Under the pieces are notes generated by a model. The model ran no database searches and was not told the origin of the DNA. It saw nothing but the letters and a program-made list of their open reading frames with translations. This document shows, one piece after another, positions 16,589-27,539 of a DNA stretch of 64,000 nt. How positions within the stretch are numbered: position 1 is the stretch's first letter; each line of letters begins with the position of its first letter. The DNA is from an uncultured Candidatus Saccharibacteria bacterium (GTDB lineage: Bacteria; Patescibacteriota; Saccharimonadia; CAILAD01; JADZBC01): the NCBI GenBank assembly GCA_964600985.1, contig CAZRJR010000001.1, forward strand, positions 399,431 to 463,430, in the 5' to 3' direction. The translations under genes and the position numbers were made by a program.

Positions 16589-18049
16589 TTACTTATACAG
16601 ATAATTCCGGACCTTATTGCGAGCTTTGTCGGTCCGCAAAAACTGCACCCACTCTAAGTTTGGCTTGGCACGCTTTTGCGTAACCACCTCTACGATGTCG
16701 CCGTTGTGAAGAGGCCTGTCGAACGTAGCTATTCTGTGGTTTACCCGAATAGTGTGGGCATGCAAGCCGATGTCGGAGTGCACGGCAAAAGCAAAGTCGA
16801 GCGCCGTGGCCCCCTCAGGCAGATCGTAAATATCACCTTTAGGTGAATAGGTAAAAATGCGGTCAGCAAACAAATCTACTTTGAGCCGCTCATAGGCTGA
16901 GCTGTCACCATCGAGTGAAGCAATGGCATCCTGGAGCGTAACAACCCACTGCATATTGCGCGGCACATGCGACGCCTCGCCCCGCACGTAGTTCTTGGCA
17001 AGCTTCTGCTCGTTGTAGTGAAAGCTCGCTGCTAAACCACGCTCGGCGTGAATATGCATGTCCTCGGTACGAATCTGGAACTCCACCACCTGACCCTCGG
17101 GCGTGAGAACTGTAGTGTGTAGGGACTGGTAGCCATTTGGCTTGGGAACTGATATGTAGTCCTTTATCCTTGTGGGCAAGGGCTGATAGAGGCCGTGAAG
17201 TATACCAAGCGCTCGGTAGCAGTCCTCGGTGTCATTTACTAATACACGTAGTGCAATCAGATCATAGATTTCATCGAAGTCACCTTCTACCTTGCGGAGT
17301 TTCTTATGCAAAGAGTACACACTTTTTACACGGCCCTCAAGTCGCGCACTCAACCCTGCTTGACGAAACGTCTGTTCTACTCGTTCGCGAACTGCTTCTA
17401 GGTTACGGTGGGCTTGGCGCACACGCTTTTTAATAGTCGCTTGGAGCTCTTTGTACTGCTGTGGCTCAAGGTAGGAAAAGGACAATTCCTCGATCTGCAC
17501 CCGTACACGACCCATACCCATACGATCAGCCAGAGGCGCAAATACATCGAGTGACTCTCGAGCAATCTTGTGTTGCTTTTCTGGGCTTAAGAAGCGGAGA
17601 GTCTGCAAGTTATGTAATCGGTCCGCTAGTTTAATAATCACTACACGCAAGTCGTGCCCAACCGCAATCAGCAGCTTGCTGAGGTTCTCGCGCGTTTCGG
17701 GCCGGTATTCGCTCATGTCACGCATACCCGAGCGCACCTTACCCACTTTAGTAACACCATCGACCAAGAACGCTACGTCTTCGCCAAACTCTTCGCGTAC
17801 TTGATCGAGAGTAACTCCTGTGTCCTCAACGGTATCATGGAGCACCCCGGCAATTACCGAATCTATATCGAGCCGCCAGTCGATCAAAATCGAAGCTACC
17901 TTTAGCGGGTGGGTAATGTAGGGCTCGCCAGATTTGCGGCGCTGGCCACGGTGGGCATTAGTAGCCATAGCCACAGCGCGCTCCAGGCGTATAATCTGTT
18001 CGGGAGCATAGTGCTGCTTTGCTTGAGTAAGAAGTGCGTTGGCTTTCAT
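16589..18049 (-). CDS. rel: RelA/SpoT-family (p)ppGpp synthetase/hydrolase with TGS, lacking the C-terminal ACT region
   Basis: RKSGEPYITHP, HDTVED, KLADRLHN, GRVKS, YQSLHT, EFQIRT, and TGS PKGDIYDLPEGATALDFAFAVHS. Confidence 0.92.
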   Translation of the reverse strand: MKANALLTQAKQHYAPEQIIRLERAVAMATNAHRGQRRKSGEPYITHPLKVASILIDWRLDIDSVIAGVLHDTVEDTGVTLDQVREEFGEDVAFLVDGVTKVGKVRSGMRDMSEYRPETRENLSKLLIAVGHDLRVVIIKLADRLHNLQTLRFLSPEKQHKIARESLDVFAPLADRMGMGRVRVQIEELSFSYLEPQQYKELQATIKKRVRQAHRNLEAVRERVEQTFRQAGLSARLEGRVKSVYSLHKKLRKVEGDFDEIYDLIALRVLVNDTEDCYRALGILHGLYQPLPTRIKDYISVPKPNGYQSLHTTVLTPEGQVVEFQIRTEDMHIHAERGLAASFHYNEQKLAKNYVRGEASHVPRNMQWVVTLQDAIASLDGDSSAYERLKVDLFADRIFTYSPKGDIYDLPEGATALDFAFAVHSDIGLHAHTIRVNHRIATFDRPLHNGDIVEVVTQKRAKPNLEWVQFLRTDKARNKVRNYLYK

Positions 18050-18056
18050 TTTCGTA

Positions 18057-18512
18057 TTATACCAATTCTGGCAGTTGTGTTATGTCCCCTTGCAAAAACA
18101 CAGGCCCAACTCCCATGATTTCATCAAGGAGAGGAGATTCTTGAGGCGCAGAGTTAAGGATAAATATGGGCTTTCTTAGATAAAAGGCAACTGTCATTTC
18201 CATGAGAACGTTACCGCCTATGTAGTCTGGGTTCCCATCTTTTTTATAGTTAGCCACGAGTATAGCATCGCTTCCTGCTATCAGCGTAAAGTGATCGCGC
18301 ATCAATTTTGCTTTATAAACATAGCCGTCACTACGAGCAGCCCAGTCAATCCTCGCCTCTTCATTTGCACGACCTTCTGCCTTCATGCTCTCGGCCATCG
18401 CTGGCAAAACTGCATGGAGCCCTATACTGAGCAATTCGTCACTCAGAGGAATGACGCGATCATAGGTACTCGCACTTGCACAGATAGCAATGATTGGTTG
18501 CTTCTTCCTCAT
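18057..18512 (-). CDS. Nucleoside 2-deoxyribosyltransferase-like protein
   Basis: SDAILVAN..YIGGNVLMEMTVAFYLRKPIFILN resembles the NDT-fold signature. Confidence 0.55.
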   Translation of the reverse strand: MRKKQPIIAICASASTYDRVIPLSDELLSIGLHAVLPAMAESMKAEGRANEEARIDWAARSDGYVYKAKLMRDHFTLIAGSDAILVANYKKDGNPDYIGGNVLMEMTVAFYLRKPIFILNSAPQESPLLDEIMGVGPVFLQGDITQLPELV

Positions 18513-18604
18513 ACCTTTTAGTATAGCAAAGGTCGCCGTAAGACCCCTTCATCCCTCATAACATAACGGCAAGTAGATCAACGTGTCGTGGCTAGCAACT
18601 CGAA

Positions 18605-20440
18605 CTAGCGCTTCTGGTTCTGGCGCTTACGCATATTGTGGTCAAGCTCGCGTTTGCGCAATCGTAAATTTTTCGGCGTTACTTCAAGGAGTTCGTCGTT
18701 TTCGATAAAATCAATACATTCCTCGAGACTAAATACAGTCGGCGGAGTAAGTTGCACCACGCCATCACTCGAGCTCGAGCGCATGTTGGTTAGATGCTTC
18801 TCCTTACACACATTGATCTCCATATCGTCAGAGCGCGTGTTGAGCCCGATGATTTGCCCGGCATAAACCTTCTCGCCCGGGCCTACAAAGCACGTGCCAC
18901 GCTGCTCCACCGTTTGCAGGGCGTAGGGCGTAGTTGTACCAGCCTCGAAGGCGATTAACACACCATTGCGCAGCTGTTGCAGAGCCGGGCCAAGTGGCCG
19001 ATAGCCAATCATTAGGCTGTTCATAATAACCGTGCCTTTGGTGTTGGTAAGCAGTATGTTGCGTAAGCCAAGCAGCACACGCGTGGGAAGCTCGTACACC
19101 AGCTTTGTAACGCCCTTAGGAGATGCAAACTGCTCTTTGAGCGTCGCCCTACGAGCGCCGAGCTCCATTTGAATTGCACCCACGTGCTCAGCCGGCACCT
19201 CAATAATTAGCTCCTCGATAGGCTCCATAGTTTGGCCGTTTTCTTCCTTAGTCACTACCTGTGGCCGACCAACTTCGAGCTCAAAGCCCTCGCGGCGCAG
19301 TGTTTCAATGAGCACACTCAGGTGCAATTCGCCACGACCCGACACCAAGAAGCCCAAGCCGCCGTCTTCGACGCGCAACCCAATGTTAGTTTCTAGCTCC
19401 TTGTGCAAGCGCTCATCAATCTGCCGACTCGTAGTAAACTCGCCTTCTAGGCCTTTGAGTGGGCTGGTATTGGGGCCAATGTAAATCTTAAGTGTTGGTG
19501 CTTCAACTTCGAGTACCGGCAGTGCCTCCGGCTGCTCTGCATCGGCAAGCGTCTCCCCAATTTGCACAGCACTAATACCTGTAAGCTGCACAATGTCGCC
19601 GGCGATTCCACCGGGTACTTCAAATTTGCTCACACCATGACTCATAAACACAGCCTCTACCCGAGCTTTTGCTACGCTACCATCCTTTTTGCACAGTGCG
19701 ATGTTGTCACCGGCCTTTACGCTTCCGCGGTTAATGCGACCAATGGCATACTTGCCTTTGTAGGTATCATGAGCCAGAGCGGTTACGAGCATTTGGAATG
19801 GCGCGTCAATCTCCACCTGCGGAGCGGGCACATCAGCAATAATCGCATCAAAAATACAATCAAGGTCGCCGGCGCCAGATGGGTCTGAGGGTGCTTCCTT
19901 CCAGGCTTTGCCGTCGCGACCAATGGCATAGTATACAGGGTAATGGAGTTGATCTTCGTGGACAGCGAGCTCGAGGAATAAGTCAGCCAATTCCTCCTCG
20001 ACTTCAGCTATCCTACTACCTGGCTTGTCGATCTTATTAATAACCACAATTGGCTTGAGTCCGCCGGCTAAGGCCTTGGTAAGTACAAACTTGGTCTGAG
20101 GCATAGGGCCCTCTTGTGCATCCACTATGAGCAAACAACCATCGGCCATATTGAGTGTGCGTTCTACTTCGCCCGAAAAGTCAGCATGCCCTGGCGTATC
20201 GATAATATTTATACGGTAATCGCCGTGCTGCACAGCCGTTACCTTTGCAGTGATGGTAATACCACGCTCACGCTCTTGATCGCCGCTGTCCATAATCAGT
20301 TCTTGGCCCATCTCGGCTTGGTTATCACGAAAGGTTTTGGACTGCTTGAGCAAGCCATCAACCAAGGTGGTCTTACCATGGTCTACGTGGGCAATGATGG
20401 CGATATTACGGATGTTTTCGGACTTTTGGGCTGCTTCCAT
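18605..20440 (-). CDS. typA: Translational GTPase TypA/BipA
   Basis: [35 protein letters not shown]. Start reassigned to ATG 20440. Confidence 0.97.
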   Translation of the reverse strand: MEAAQKSENIRNIAIIAHVDHGKTTLVDGLLKQSKTFRDNQAEMGQELIMDSGDQERERGITITAKVTAVQHGDYRINIIDTPGHADFSGEVERTLNMADGCLLIVDAQEGPMPQTKFVLTKALAGGLKPIVVINKIDKPGSRIAEVEEELADLFLELAVHEDQLHYPVYYAIGRDGKAWKEAPSDPSGAGDLDCIFDAIIADVPAPQVEIDAPFQMLVTALAHDTYKGKYAIGRINRGSVKAGDNIALCKKDGSVAKARVEAVFMSHGVSKFEVPGGIAGDIVQLTGISAVQIGETLADAEQPEALPVLEVEAPTLKIYIGPNTSPLKGLEGEFTTSRQIDERLHKELETNIGLRVEDGGLGFLVSGRGELHLSVLIETLRREGFELEVGRPQVVTKEENGQTMEPIEELIIEVPAEHVGAIQMELGARRATLKEQFASPKGVTKLVYELPTRVLLGLRNILLTNTKGTVIMNSLMIGYRPLGPALQQLRNGVLIAFEAGTTTPYALQTVEQRGTCFVGPGEKVYAGQIIGLNTRSDDMEINVCKEKHLTNMRSSSSDGVVQLTPPTVFSLEECIDFIENDELLEVTPKNLRLRKRELDHNMRKRQNQKR

Positions 20441-20560
20441 GGATTGTTCCTGTTCTGATGTTATAAATTTTTGGCAAAATAAACGCGCTTTGGCAGTGTG
20501 CAGTAACTCGTACACCGAGAAAGCGCGTTTGTATCACTCACTATTATAACAGTTTTGGCT

Positions 20561-21874
20561 TTACTTTGCTAGCAACTTCGTAAGTTCTTCGTGCGTAACA
20601 TGTCGTTGCTCACCTGAGCGCATGTCCTTGAGCAACAGCGTACCTTTCGCCCGCTCTTCTTCGCCAATAATTACCGCATAAGGCACACCGAGCCGGTCAG
20701 CATAACGCATCTGCTTACTTGGTGGCGTTTGCTCCATATACACCTCCACGGCAATGCCCTGTTCGCGCAGCTTGGTAGCTGTCTGCAAACCTTGGGCTAA
20801 AGTGGCCTCACTTAGTGGCAGGATTACTCCTTGGCTCGGTGTACGAGCACCGGACTTTACCAGTCCTACATCTTTGAGCTGGCCAAACAGTCTGGTTAAG
20901 CCAATCGAAATTCCTACACCTGGTAGCTTGCTCTTTGTGTAGTAGCTCGCTAAATCATCGTAGCGCCCACCCGAACACACACTCCCCAATCCCTGAAAAT
21001 CATCGAGAACCGTCTCGTAAACTGTGCCGGTGTAGTAATCCAGTCCTCGCGCAATCCGTAAGTCAATCATGTAGTCTTCGGTGGGCACACCTAATTCTCG
21101 CACACCAGCCACAAGCCCCTTAAGCTCTGCAACTCCTTGCACAAAGTGAGTATTCTGCGTAGGTACTTGCTCCAAGCGTGCAATCACTTCATCGACCAAA
21201 CCGTCGATTGCGATAAATTCCAGGAGCTTAGTTGTTGCCTCTTTTTCCACACCGAGCTTAAGTAGCTCAGCCTCTACCTTTTCAGCCCCAATCTTATCAA
21301 TTTTATCTATTACCCGTAGTACTTCAGCCGAAATATGATGCGCACCTAAGTGCTCCAGGAAGCCCTGCAGAACTTTACGGTTGTTTATTCGAATGGTAAA
21401 TGAGCCTACACCAAGCCTTCGAAACACACTCGATATAATTGCGGGCATTTCGGCGTCATAGAGGGTGCTTTTACCGCCCACTACGTCCACATCGCACTGG
21501 TAAAACTCTCGGTAGCGCCCAGCCTGGGCACGCTCTCCGCGCCAGACCTTTTGCATTTGGTAACGGCGAAATGGAAACACTAACTCGCCTTCGTGTTGCG
21601 CAACGTAACGTGCCAAGGGCACGGTTAGGTCAAAGTGCAGTGCCATTTCCTTATCGTCACCGTCTCGAGCTATTTTATAAATTTGCTTCTCCGTCTCACC
21701 GCCGGCCTTAGCAAGTAGCACCTCGCCCAACTCAATTGCTGGAGTTTCAATTGGCGCGTAGCCATAGCTTTCGTACACACTACGGATGGTGTCGAACATA
21801 GCATTCAACTGGATTTGATCCTCGGGTAGAAGTTCTACGAAGCCACCTAAGATTCGTGGGGTAACACGCGACAT
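20561..21874 (-). CDS. hisS: Histidyl-tRNA synthetase
   Basis: DLTVPLAR, GRYREFYQCD, RGLDYYTG, GGRYD. Confidence 0.97.
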   Translation of the reverse strand: MSRVTPRILGGFVELLPEDQIQLNAMFDTIRSVYESYGYAPIETPAIELGEVLLAKAGGETEKQIYKIARDGDDKEMALHFDLTVPLARYVAQHEGELVFPFRRYQMQKVWRGERAQAGRYREFYQCDVDVVGGKSTLYDAEMPAIISSVFRRLGVGSFTIRINNRKVLQGFLEHLGAHHISAEVLRVIDKIDKIGAEKVEAELLKLGVEKEATTKLLEFIAIDGLVDEVIARLEQVPTQNTHFVQGVAELKGLVAGVRELGVPTEDYMIDLRIARGLDYYTGTVYETVLDDFQGLGSVCSGGRYDDLASYYTKSKLPGVGISIGLTRLFGQLKDVGLVKSGARTPSQGVILPLSEATLAQGLQTATKLREQGIAVEVYMEQTPPSKQMRYADRLGVPYAVIIGEEERAKGTLLLKDMRSGEQRHVTHEELTKLLAK

Positions 21875-21937
21875 AACTTTGGTCCTTTTTGTTCCCCACT
21901 AGTATAGCGCATGAGCTTGAGTCGAACAAAGTAAATA

Positions 21938-21966
21938 TTGACTTACCTGCACTATTATACTATAAT
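21938..21966 (+). promoter_or_regulatory. sigma70 promoter
   Basis: TTGACT-17-TATAAT. Confidence 0.8.
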
Positions 21967-22008
21967 GAACATAAGCCTTAGTACGGAGGCTCTGGATAAG
22001 GAGGCCCC

Positions 22009-22377
22009 ATGGGCGCAGAAGTACTTGTTATTCTGGTAATAGCGGCCATGTGTGCTACTGTGGCTGGTTTCATGGTCTTCAAGAAGGAGCGAGGGCTCGC
22101 AATCCTGGCTGCCGTTCTGTGTGTCGCTGCTGTCATCCTTGCAATCGGATTGCAGATTACCGACGACAGTCGTGCCGCGGAGAATGCGCGTGTCACGACA
22201 GAAATCGAGACACGCTACGACAAGGTCCACGTGGTGAAGCTCTCCGCATGGGCAAAGACCGTGCGTTACACGGTCAGTGACAAGGTCAACAAGGTCTGCG
22301 ACGGCAAGCTGGTCCACTACAACGGAGACTGGCTTATCGAGGGTAACCCCACCTGTACAGTGCTGCCGAATCGCTGA
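22009..22377 (+). CDS. Hypothetical 2-TM membrane protein
   Basis: SD AAGGAGG; two hydrophobic helices then a polar domain; own promoter and terminator; all Lys are AAG and all Asp are GAC. Confidence 0.75.
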   Translation: MGAEVLVILVIAAMCATVAGFMVFKKERGLAILAAVLCVAAVILAIGLQITDDSRAAENARVTTEIETRYDKVHVVKLSAWAKTVRYTVSDKVNKVCDGKLVHYNGDWLIEGNPTCTVLPNR

Positions 22378-22412
22378 CGTCACAATCCCCAAGAAACCAT
22401 CCCCCGAACGAA

Positions 22413-22446
22413 ACGGACCCCCGATTCGCTCGGGGGTCCGTCTTTT
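22413..22446 (+). terminator. Intrinsic terminator
   Basis: ACGGACCCCCGA-TTCGC-TCGGGGGTCCGT-CTTTT. Confidence 0.85.
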
Positions 22447-22452
22447 AAGATA

Positions 22453-23823
22453 CTACTCTGTCCTAAGGGCTTCAATTGGATCGAGCTTGGCTGCCTTGCG
22501 TGACGGCAGCCAACCCGCCAGGATCGAAACAATCATAAGTGCGATTATAAGCTGCACTATCTCCACAGGCTTAAATACAAGCAACGAGGTCTTACCTAGT
22601 TCGAGGGATTTAGTGATCCACGGATTCAGCAAGGTGCCTAAGCCAAGTGCTACAAGTGAACCAACCAGACCTCCAATAAACCCAATCCAAGCTGCCTCAA
22701 ACCTAAACAAGCGGCCAATATCGCGCTTGCGCATACCAAGCGCCTTCATGAGTCCAATTTCGCGGGTGCGCTGCAGCACACTAATATACATGGTGTTTAC
22801 GATTCCAAACACTGAGGCAATAATGGCAATTGCCGCAAAAGCCGCCACAATCCCTTGTAAGATATTAATGATGTTTGTTAGGAATTCCTGCGCGTCCTTT
22901 ACACTCTGTACCGCAAAGCCTGATTCCTTAAGCTCATCCTGCACCGCCTTGAGTTTAGCTGGGTCTTCGCCGCCCTCTACCTTAGCAAACACATAGGTGT
23001 ACTTACGATAGTTCGGGCCACCAGCAGTCGTAATGTCATTGAGCGCCCGGGCCTGGTCAACATCGGCATATAAGTACAGCTCCGTACCGGGCTGGGCAGT
23101 AGTTGGCTTTTTGGTAACTGCTGCGATAGTAAAGGTCTTTTCTTGGCTGGTTTGCTCACTCAGCTTGGCGAGGGAGGCCGGATCGGCCGACGAACCAGAA
23201 AGCGTGCTTAAGTTGGTAGCCAGTGATTGGGGGACCGAAAGAATAACAGTCTTACCAATCGCGTCTTGAGCGTTCTTAAATCCAAGCGACTGCACATAGG
23301 CCTCTGGCAAAAGCACTGATTCTGAGCCAATCACTCCGCCAACACCAATCTTGCCGGCTGCAAGTTCGGGCTTCTGAGCTGGGCTGAAAGCAGCTAAAGA
23401 GGCTACGTAGCGCTTTTGTCCTTCACGAGTAATGTAGCGCAGGTTTACCGTTATATCCTCACGCACCGCCACTATACCATCGGTCGCCTTAATCTTCGTA
23501 ATGTCTTCGTCAGAAATTCGTTTAATCTGCGTGGTAGCACCAGAGTTCGAGAACCCCGTACCAAAGCTCGGGTCGTACTCACGCGGCTTAGCATTGCCTC
23601 CCTGGCCTCCAAAGATTGACTTGTCCTTAGCCACTATCAGCTCGGCGGGGTCGAAGTTCTCTGAAATAACTTTATTTACAAAAGCCGTAGCGCCGTTGCT
23701 AGCCGCCAAGGTTAGTGTAAGTGCAAAGGTGCCCACGCCAATCGCTGCAGCAGTCAGAAGCGTGCGAGCTTTAGCGCTCCTGAGGCTCCGTCCGGAACGC
23801 GAGATTTGATCCCACAGCATCAT
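22453..23823 (-). CDS. MacB/FtsX-type ABC transporter permease
   Basis: SVLQRTREIGLMKALG, FRFEA, PSRKAAKLDPIEALR. Confidence 0.92.
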   Translation of the reverse strand: MMLWDQISRSGRSLRSAKARTLLTAAAIGVGTFALTLTLAASNGATAFVNKVISENFDPAELIVAKDKSIFGGQGGNAKPREYDPSFGTGFSNSGATTQIKRISDEDITKIKATDGIVAVREDITVNLRYITREGQKRYVASLAAFSPAQKPELAAGKIGVGGVIGSESVLLPEAYVQSLGFKNAQDAIGKTVILSVPQSLATNLSTLSGSSADPASLAKLSEQTSQEKTFTIAAVTKKPTTAQPGTELYLYADVDQARALNDITTAGGPNYRKYTYVFAKVEGGEDPAKLKAVQDELKESGFAVQSVKDAQEFLTNIINILQGIVAAFAAIAIIASVFGIVNTMYISVLQRTREIGLMKALGMRKRDIGRLFRFEAAWIGFIGGLVGSLVALGLGTLLNPWITKSLELGKTSLLVFKPVEIVQLIIALMIVSILAGWLPSRKAAKLDPIEALRTE

Positions 23824-24581
23824 GGCTTCTTACCTGCCTTAGCCTTTTGGCGTACCTTCGCTTGCGACTTCGGGGCTTGTGACTTAGAACTTTTGCCAGG
23901 TAGTCTTGCTGCCTTGGCTCGCTCAATCCTACCATCCTTCATTTGCACCTGCTGCTTGCAGCGTCCAGCAAGCTCAGGGTCGTGGGTCACTATCACGAGT
24001 GTACAGCCGAGCTTCTTGTTGAGTTCAAAGAGAAGTTTAATAATCAGTTCACCCGTGGCACTATCGAGGTTTCCAGTCGGTTCGTCGGCAAATATAAGCT
24101 TGGGCTGGTTCACAATGGCACGAGCAATTGCAAGGCGCTGCTTTTGCCCACCAGAGAGGTTATTAGCTAGTACATCTTGCTTTTCTTTGAGCCCCACAGC
24201 TTCTAATGCTGACTCTACTTTGCTTTTGCGCTCACGGCGCGGCACTTTGGCAATCTCGAGTGGCAACACCACGTTTTGGTAACACGTTTGGTTAGCCTCG
24301 ACAAAGAATGCTTGGAAGATAAAGCTCATGGTGGTGGCACGAAAAGCGTCCATGTCTTTTTGCTTCATACTGCGCAAACTCACCTCATCAACCACCACAT
24401 CGCCACTCGTAGCATGATCCAGCCCGCTCATAATGTGCATGAGCGTAGATTTACCCGAGCCACTCTTACCAATAATTGCTACGCTGGTCCCCTCAGCTAT
24501 ATCAAGATCAACACCATGCAGAGCTGTAAAGGCGCTGCTACCTTTTCCATATGTTTTAACTACATTACGAGCTTTAATCAT
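23820..24581 (-). CDS. ABC transporter ATP-binding protein (LolD/MacB-like)
   Basis: GKSGSGKS, LSGGQKQR, ADEPTGNLD, VTHD. Confidence 0.94.
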   Translation of the reverse strand: MIKARNVVKTYGKGSSAFTALHGVDLDIAEGTSVAIIGKSGSGKSTLMHIMSGLDHATSGDVVVDEVSLRSMKQKDMDAFRATTMSFIFQAFFVEANQTCYQNVVLPLEIAKVPRRERKSKVESALEAVGLKEKQDVLANNLSGGQKQRLAIARAIVNQPKLIFADEPTGNLDSATGELIIKLLFELNKKLGCTLVIVTHDPELAGRCKQQVQMKDGRIERAKAARLPGKSSKSQAPKSQAKVRQKAKAGKKP

Positions 24582-24654
24582 ATCTTATTAGTATACCAGA
24601 AATACCTGGGTAGTATGCCCTATATTGCGACGGTAATATGCTATAGTAAAACCT

Positions 24655-24924
24655 ATGTTGAGGTTCGCGCTCAAACACACCAAACGATTAATAGTTGGCG
24701 TAATTGGCGTAACGATTATTCTAATTGGTATAGCCCTACTCGCCCTACCAGGACCAGGCCTAATTGTAATTATTGTCGGGCTTGCCGTACTGGCAAGCGA
24801 ATTTGTATGGGCTAAACGCCTCCTAGAGCAAGCACGCGGTCACTACGTCAGGATGAAATCCAAAGTGGTAAACCGCAAGTCTACCAACACCCAGGCAAGC
24901 AGCAAGGATGAGTCAGCAGACTAG
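24655..24924 (+). CDS. PGPGW-family small membrane protein
   Basis: LPGPGL..GLAVLASEFVWAKRLL. Confidence 0.8.
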   Translation: MLRFALKHTKRLIVGVIGVTIILIGIALLALPGPGLIVIIVGLAVLASEFVWAKRLLEQARGHYVRMKSKVVNRKSTNTQASSKDESAD

Positions 24925-26708
24925 ATTCCGCCACCGCCTCCTCCGCCACCTCCACCGCCAGAAAAGCCACCTCCACCAAAACCACTCGAGCTTGAGCTGC
25001 TTGGCGCGGTAAAGCTATTAGCGGCAGCCGTAGTAAAGCCGTTCATACTACTCGCAAACACGGCCGCATTAAAAGCAGTGTTCCCGCTATACCAGGTAGG
25101 TGGCTGGGTGTATAGATCAGCAAATTGCTTGGCCCACTCGGCCTCAATGCCAAACAGCATCGCGTAGGGTAGGAGTTTCTCGTAGAGCTTAATCAGCTGC
25201 GTCTTATTGGCCGGATCTATACTTACCTTCTCGGCGCCAGTCGGGCTTTGCAGCATTTTAATCCGCTCGGCTTCGGCCATTTTCATATACAGTTCCATAC
25301 CCTTAAGGTAGTCTCTGGCTTCCACACCCTTAGCCGTACGAGCTGGCATAAAGCGACCAAAGACTATAACGATTACTCCGGCCACTAAAACACCCAAGCT
25401 ATAAAATCTTACAAACGGCACGAACAGCAGCATGAATGCTGGTACAGCCACCAGCGCCCCAATAAGCACATAATGACTCTGTACTTTTTGCGGATCGCGG
25501 CTAAAGTAGCCCTCAGACGCAGCCGTCGCCGAAACTTCGGCACCAACGCTCGTAGCACCGGCCGCTAACTTGTTCTTAAGGCTATCCAGCAAAACCTTAC
25601 TACCTGCTTGCTTGCTGGGGAATAAGAGGTCGAGCACACGCAACTCTTCGGCACTCAAGCTAGTTGTATCTCGTTTTATAAGCTCTAGCTCGTAGCTTGT
25701 TTTGCTACCAACAAGCTTTTTAGTGGTAATTGCATATAGTCTTAACTGGCCCGCAATACACATGCCCATAATCGCAGCCGAGATTGCCCTGGTTGGGAGC
25801 AATTCTTGTAACACCATCCCGGCCAAGAGTGGATTCATGTTGGGCTGCGGAGCATACTGGGCTATTATTACGCCTTTGCCGCGGGCATCACGACCATTCT
25901 GCAGCCACCGCCGCCACATAATAATGAAAGCGACCAGCGGCGGCAAAACAAAGATAGTAAAGCCAGCTAACACGTAAAGCAACAGGAGACTCGTTGGTAT
26001 TTTGTATGGCTTAAACGTACCCTTGTCAAAGCCAAGCACAAAGCTGAGGTTCTCCCGACCAATTAACGGTCGAGTTGAGCCAAAAGTAATGAGCGTTCCA
26101 CCATCCTGCTGCTCGCGTGTGATAGCACAATCCCCACCAGCCTCGCCATAGCTGCCTGTAAAGCACTTCTGGCCATCTTGCAGCGCTCCACTCAACTCAG
26201 CCGGCACGTGTACATTAGCCACTACACTATCAAACTGCTGCGGCCACTGGTCGCCATTTGTGTCCCAGTATAACTCGTCGTGATCAGTGTAGAACGTAAT
26301 GACATCGTTCACGCTGTAGGTAATTACATACGTCTGCTCGCCACGCAGGTAGGAATCACTACGAATACTGATTATTAGATTATCGTTCTGCACGGCGGTG
26401 GTGAATGGTCGAGCCACACCGTTTTGGTCCGTTATAGAGGATACGTTAAGGTGTAGCTTGTGCCCTTTGTAGGTGGTTGGTATGGCGCGGCGAATACCAT
26501 GGTTCTGATCGTAGTCTGGGAACTTGGCAACGAGCTTCTCGACCACCTTCATGCCGCCAACCCGTTCGTTGTCGCGTGCTAGGTAGTAATCAGCGCTAAA
26601 GCTACGGAAGCTAAAGTCTTCGACACTTGCATGGACCACCGATGCAGGTGCTAGAGCAGCTGCAAACATACTCAAACTAAGTGTAAGGAGCAGCGCAATT
26701 CTCTTCAT
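24921..26708 (-). CDS. DUF2207-family membrane protein
   Basis: Signal peptide, HGIRRAIP, DELYWD, YEKLLPYAMLFG, Gly/Ser-rich C-terminus. Confidence 0.85.
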   Translation of the reverse strand: MKRIALLLTLSLSMFAAALAPASVVHASVEDFSFRSFSADYYLARDNERVGGMKVVEKLVAKFPDYDQNHGIRRAIPTTYKGHKLHLNVSSITDQNGVARPFTTAVQNDNLIISIRSDSYLRGEQTYVITYSVNDVITFYTDHDELYWDTNGDQWPQQFDSVVANVHVPAELSGALQDGQKCFTGSYGEAGGDCAITREQQDGGTLITFGSTRPLIGRENLSFVLGFDKGTFKPYKIPTSLLLLYVLAGFTIFVLPPLVAFIIMWRRWLQNGRDARGKGVIIAQYAPQPNMNPLLAGMVLQELLPTRAISAAIMGMCIAGQLRLYAITTKKLVGSKTSYELELIKRDTTSLSAEELRVLDLLFPSKQAGSKVLLDSLKNKLAAGATSVGAEVSATAASEGYFSRDPQKVQSHYVLIGALVAVPAFMLLFVPFVRFYSLGVLVAGVIVIVFGRFMPARTAKGVEARDYLKGMELYMKMAEAERIKMLQSPTGAEKVSIDPANKTQLIKLYEKLLPYAMLFGIEAEWAKQFADLYTQPPTWYSGNTAFNAAVFASSMNGFTTAAANSFTAPSSSSSSGFGGGGFSGGGGGGGGGGGI

Positions 26709-26782
26709 GCCTACATTCTATCACGCCGATACACGGACAACCTCACTAGCAGAGCATAACAACTTTGGGCTATACTAAGCTC

Positions 26783-27481
26783 ATGCAAAAACCCTGGACC
26801 ATTCAAGAGATTCGCAATGTTTGCCGGGCAACTGGAACCGCCGACGACGCCCGCATGTGCCAGATTACCCAGGAATTCGATAACGGCTTTTCGTTTGTCG
26901 AAAAACTCGATCGAGTAGTCAGCTTCTTTGGCTCCAAGCAAACCAGAGAGAGTGATAAGCTGTATGAATCGGCACGCACCATTGCGCACCGCTTAGTGGA
27001 TGAGTTGGATTATACCGTGGTTACTGGCGGCGGCCCAGGTATTATGGAAGCTGCCAACCGGGGAGCCAAAGAGGCTGGTGGCCGTAGCGTAGGCCTTACC
27101 ATAGAGCTCGAAGCCCATCGACAGCTTGTAAATCCTTACCTTACCGACCAGCTGGATTTTCACTACTTTTTTGCTCGCAAGGTAATGCTAGCCTTCGCCG
27201 CCAGGCTCTATATATTCTTCCCGGGTGGATTTGGAACTATGGACGAATTCTTTGAGCTCCTTACACTCGAGCAAGAGTACAAGATGCCGCGCGTACCAAT
27301 TATATGTGTGGGCTCACACTACTGGCGCCCCTTAGAGCGGACCATTATGACAACTTTTTTAGAAGATTATGGCACCATTGTGCCAGCCGATATGCAGCTA
27401 TTCCACATACTCGACAGTGCCGACGAGATCTTAGAACTCGCAGCCAACCTTCCGAAACGACATACGAGAATACCAGGCTAG
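26783..27481 (+). CDS. LOG-family (TIGR00730-like) nucleotide phosphoribohydrolase
   Basis: TGGGPGIMEAANRGA, FFARKVM, PGGFGTMDE. Start ATG 26783. Confidence 0.9.
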   Translation: MQKPWTIQEIRNVCRATGTADDARMCQITQEFDNGFSFVEKLDRVVSFFGSKQTRESDKLYESARTIAHRLVDELDYTVVTGGGPGIMEAANRGAKEAGGRSVGLTIELEAHRQLVNPYLTDQLDFHYFFARKVMLAFAARLYIFFPGGFGTMDEFFELLTLEQEYKMPRVPIICVGSHYWRPLERTIMTTFLEDYGTIVPADMQLFHILDSADEILELAANLPKRHTRIPG

Positions 27482-27539
27482 AGGAGTACATTTAAACTAA
27501 ATCGCCTTGAGTTATAGTTGTTTGCTACAATAAGTACCT

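Noticed and set aside
24921-25000. GGN/CCN micro-repeat
   Set aside because: Encodes the usual Gly/Ser tail of DUF2207 proteins.
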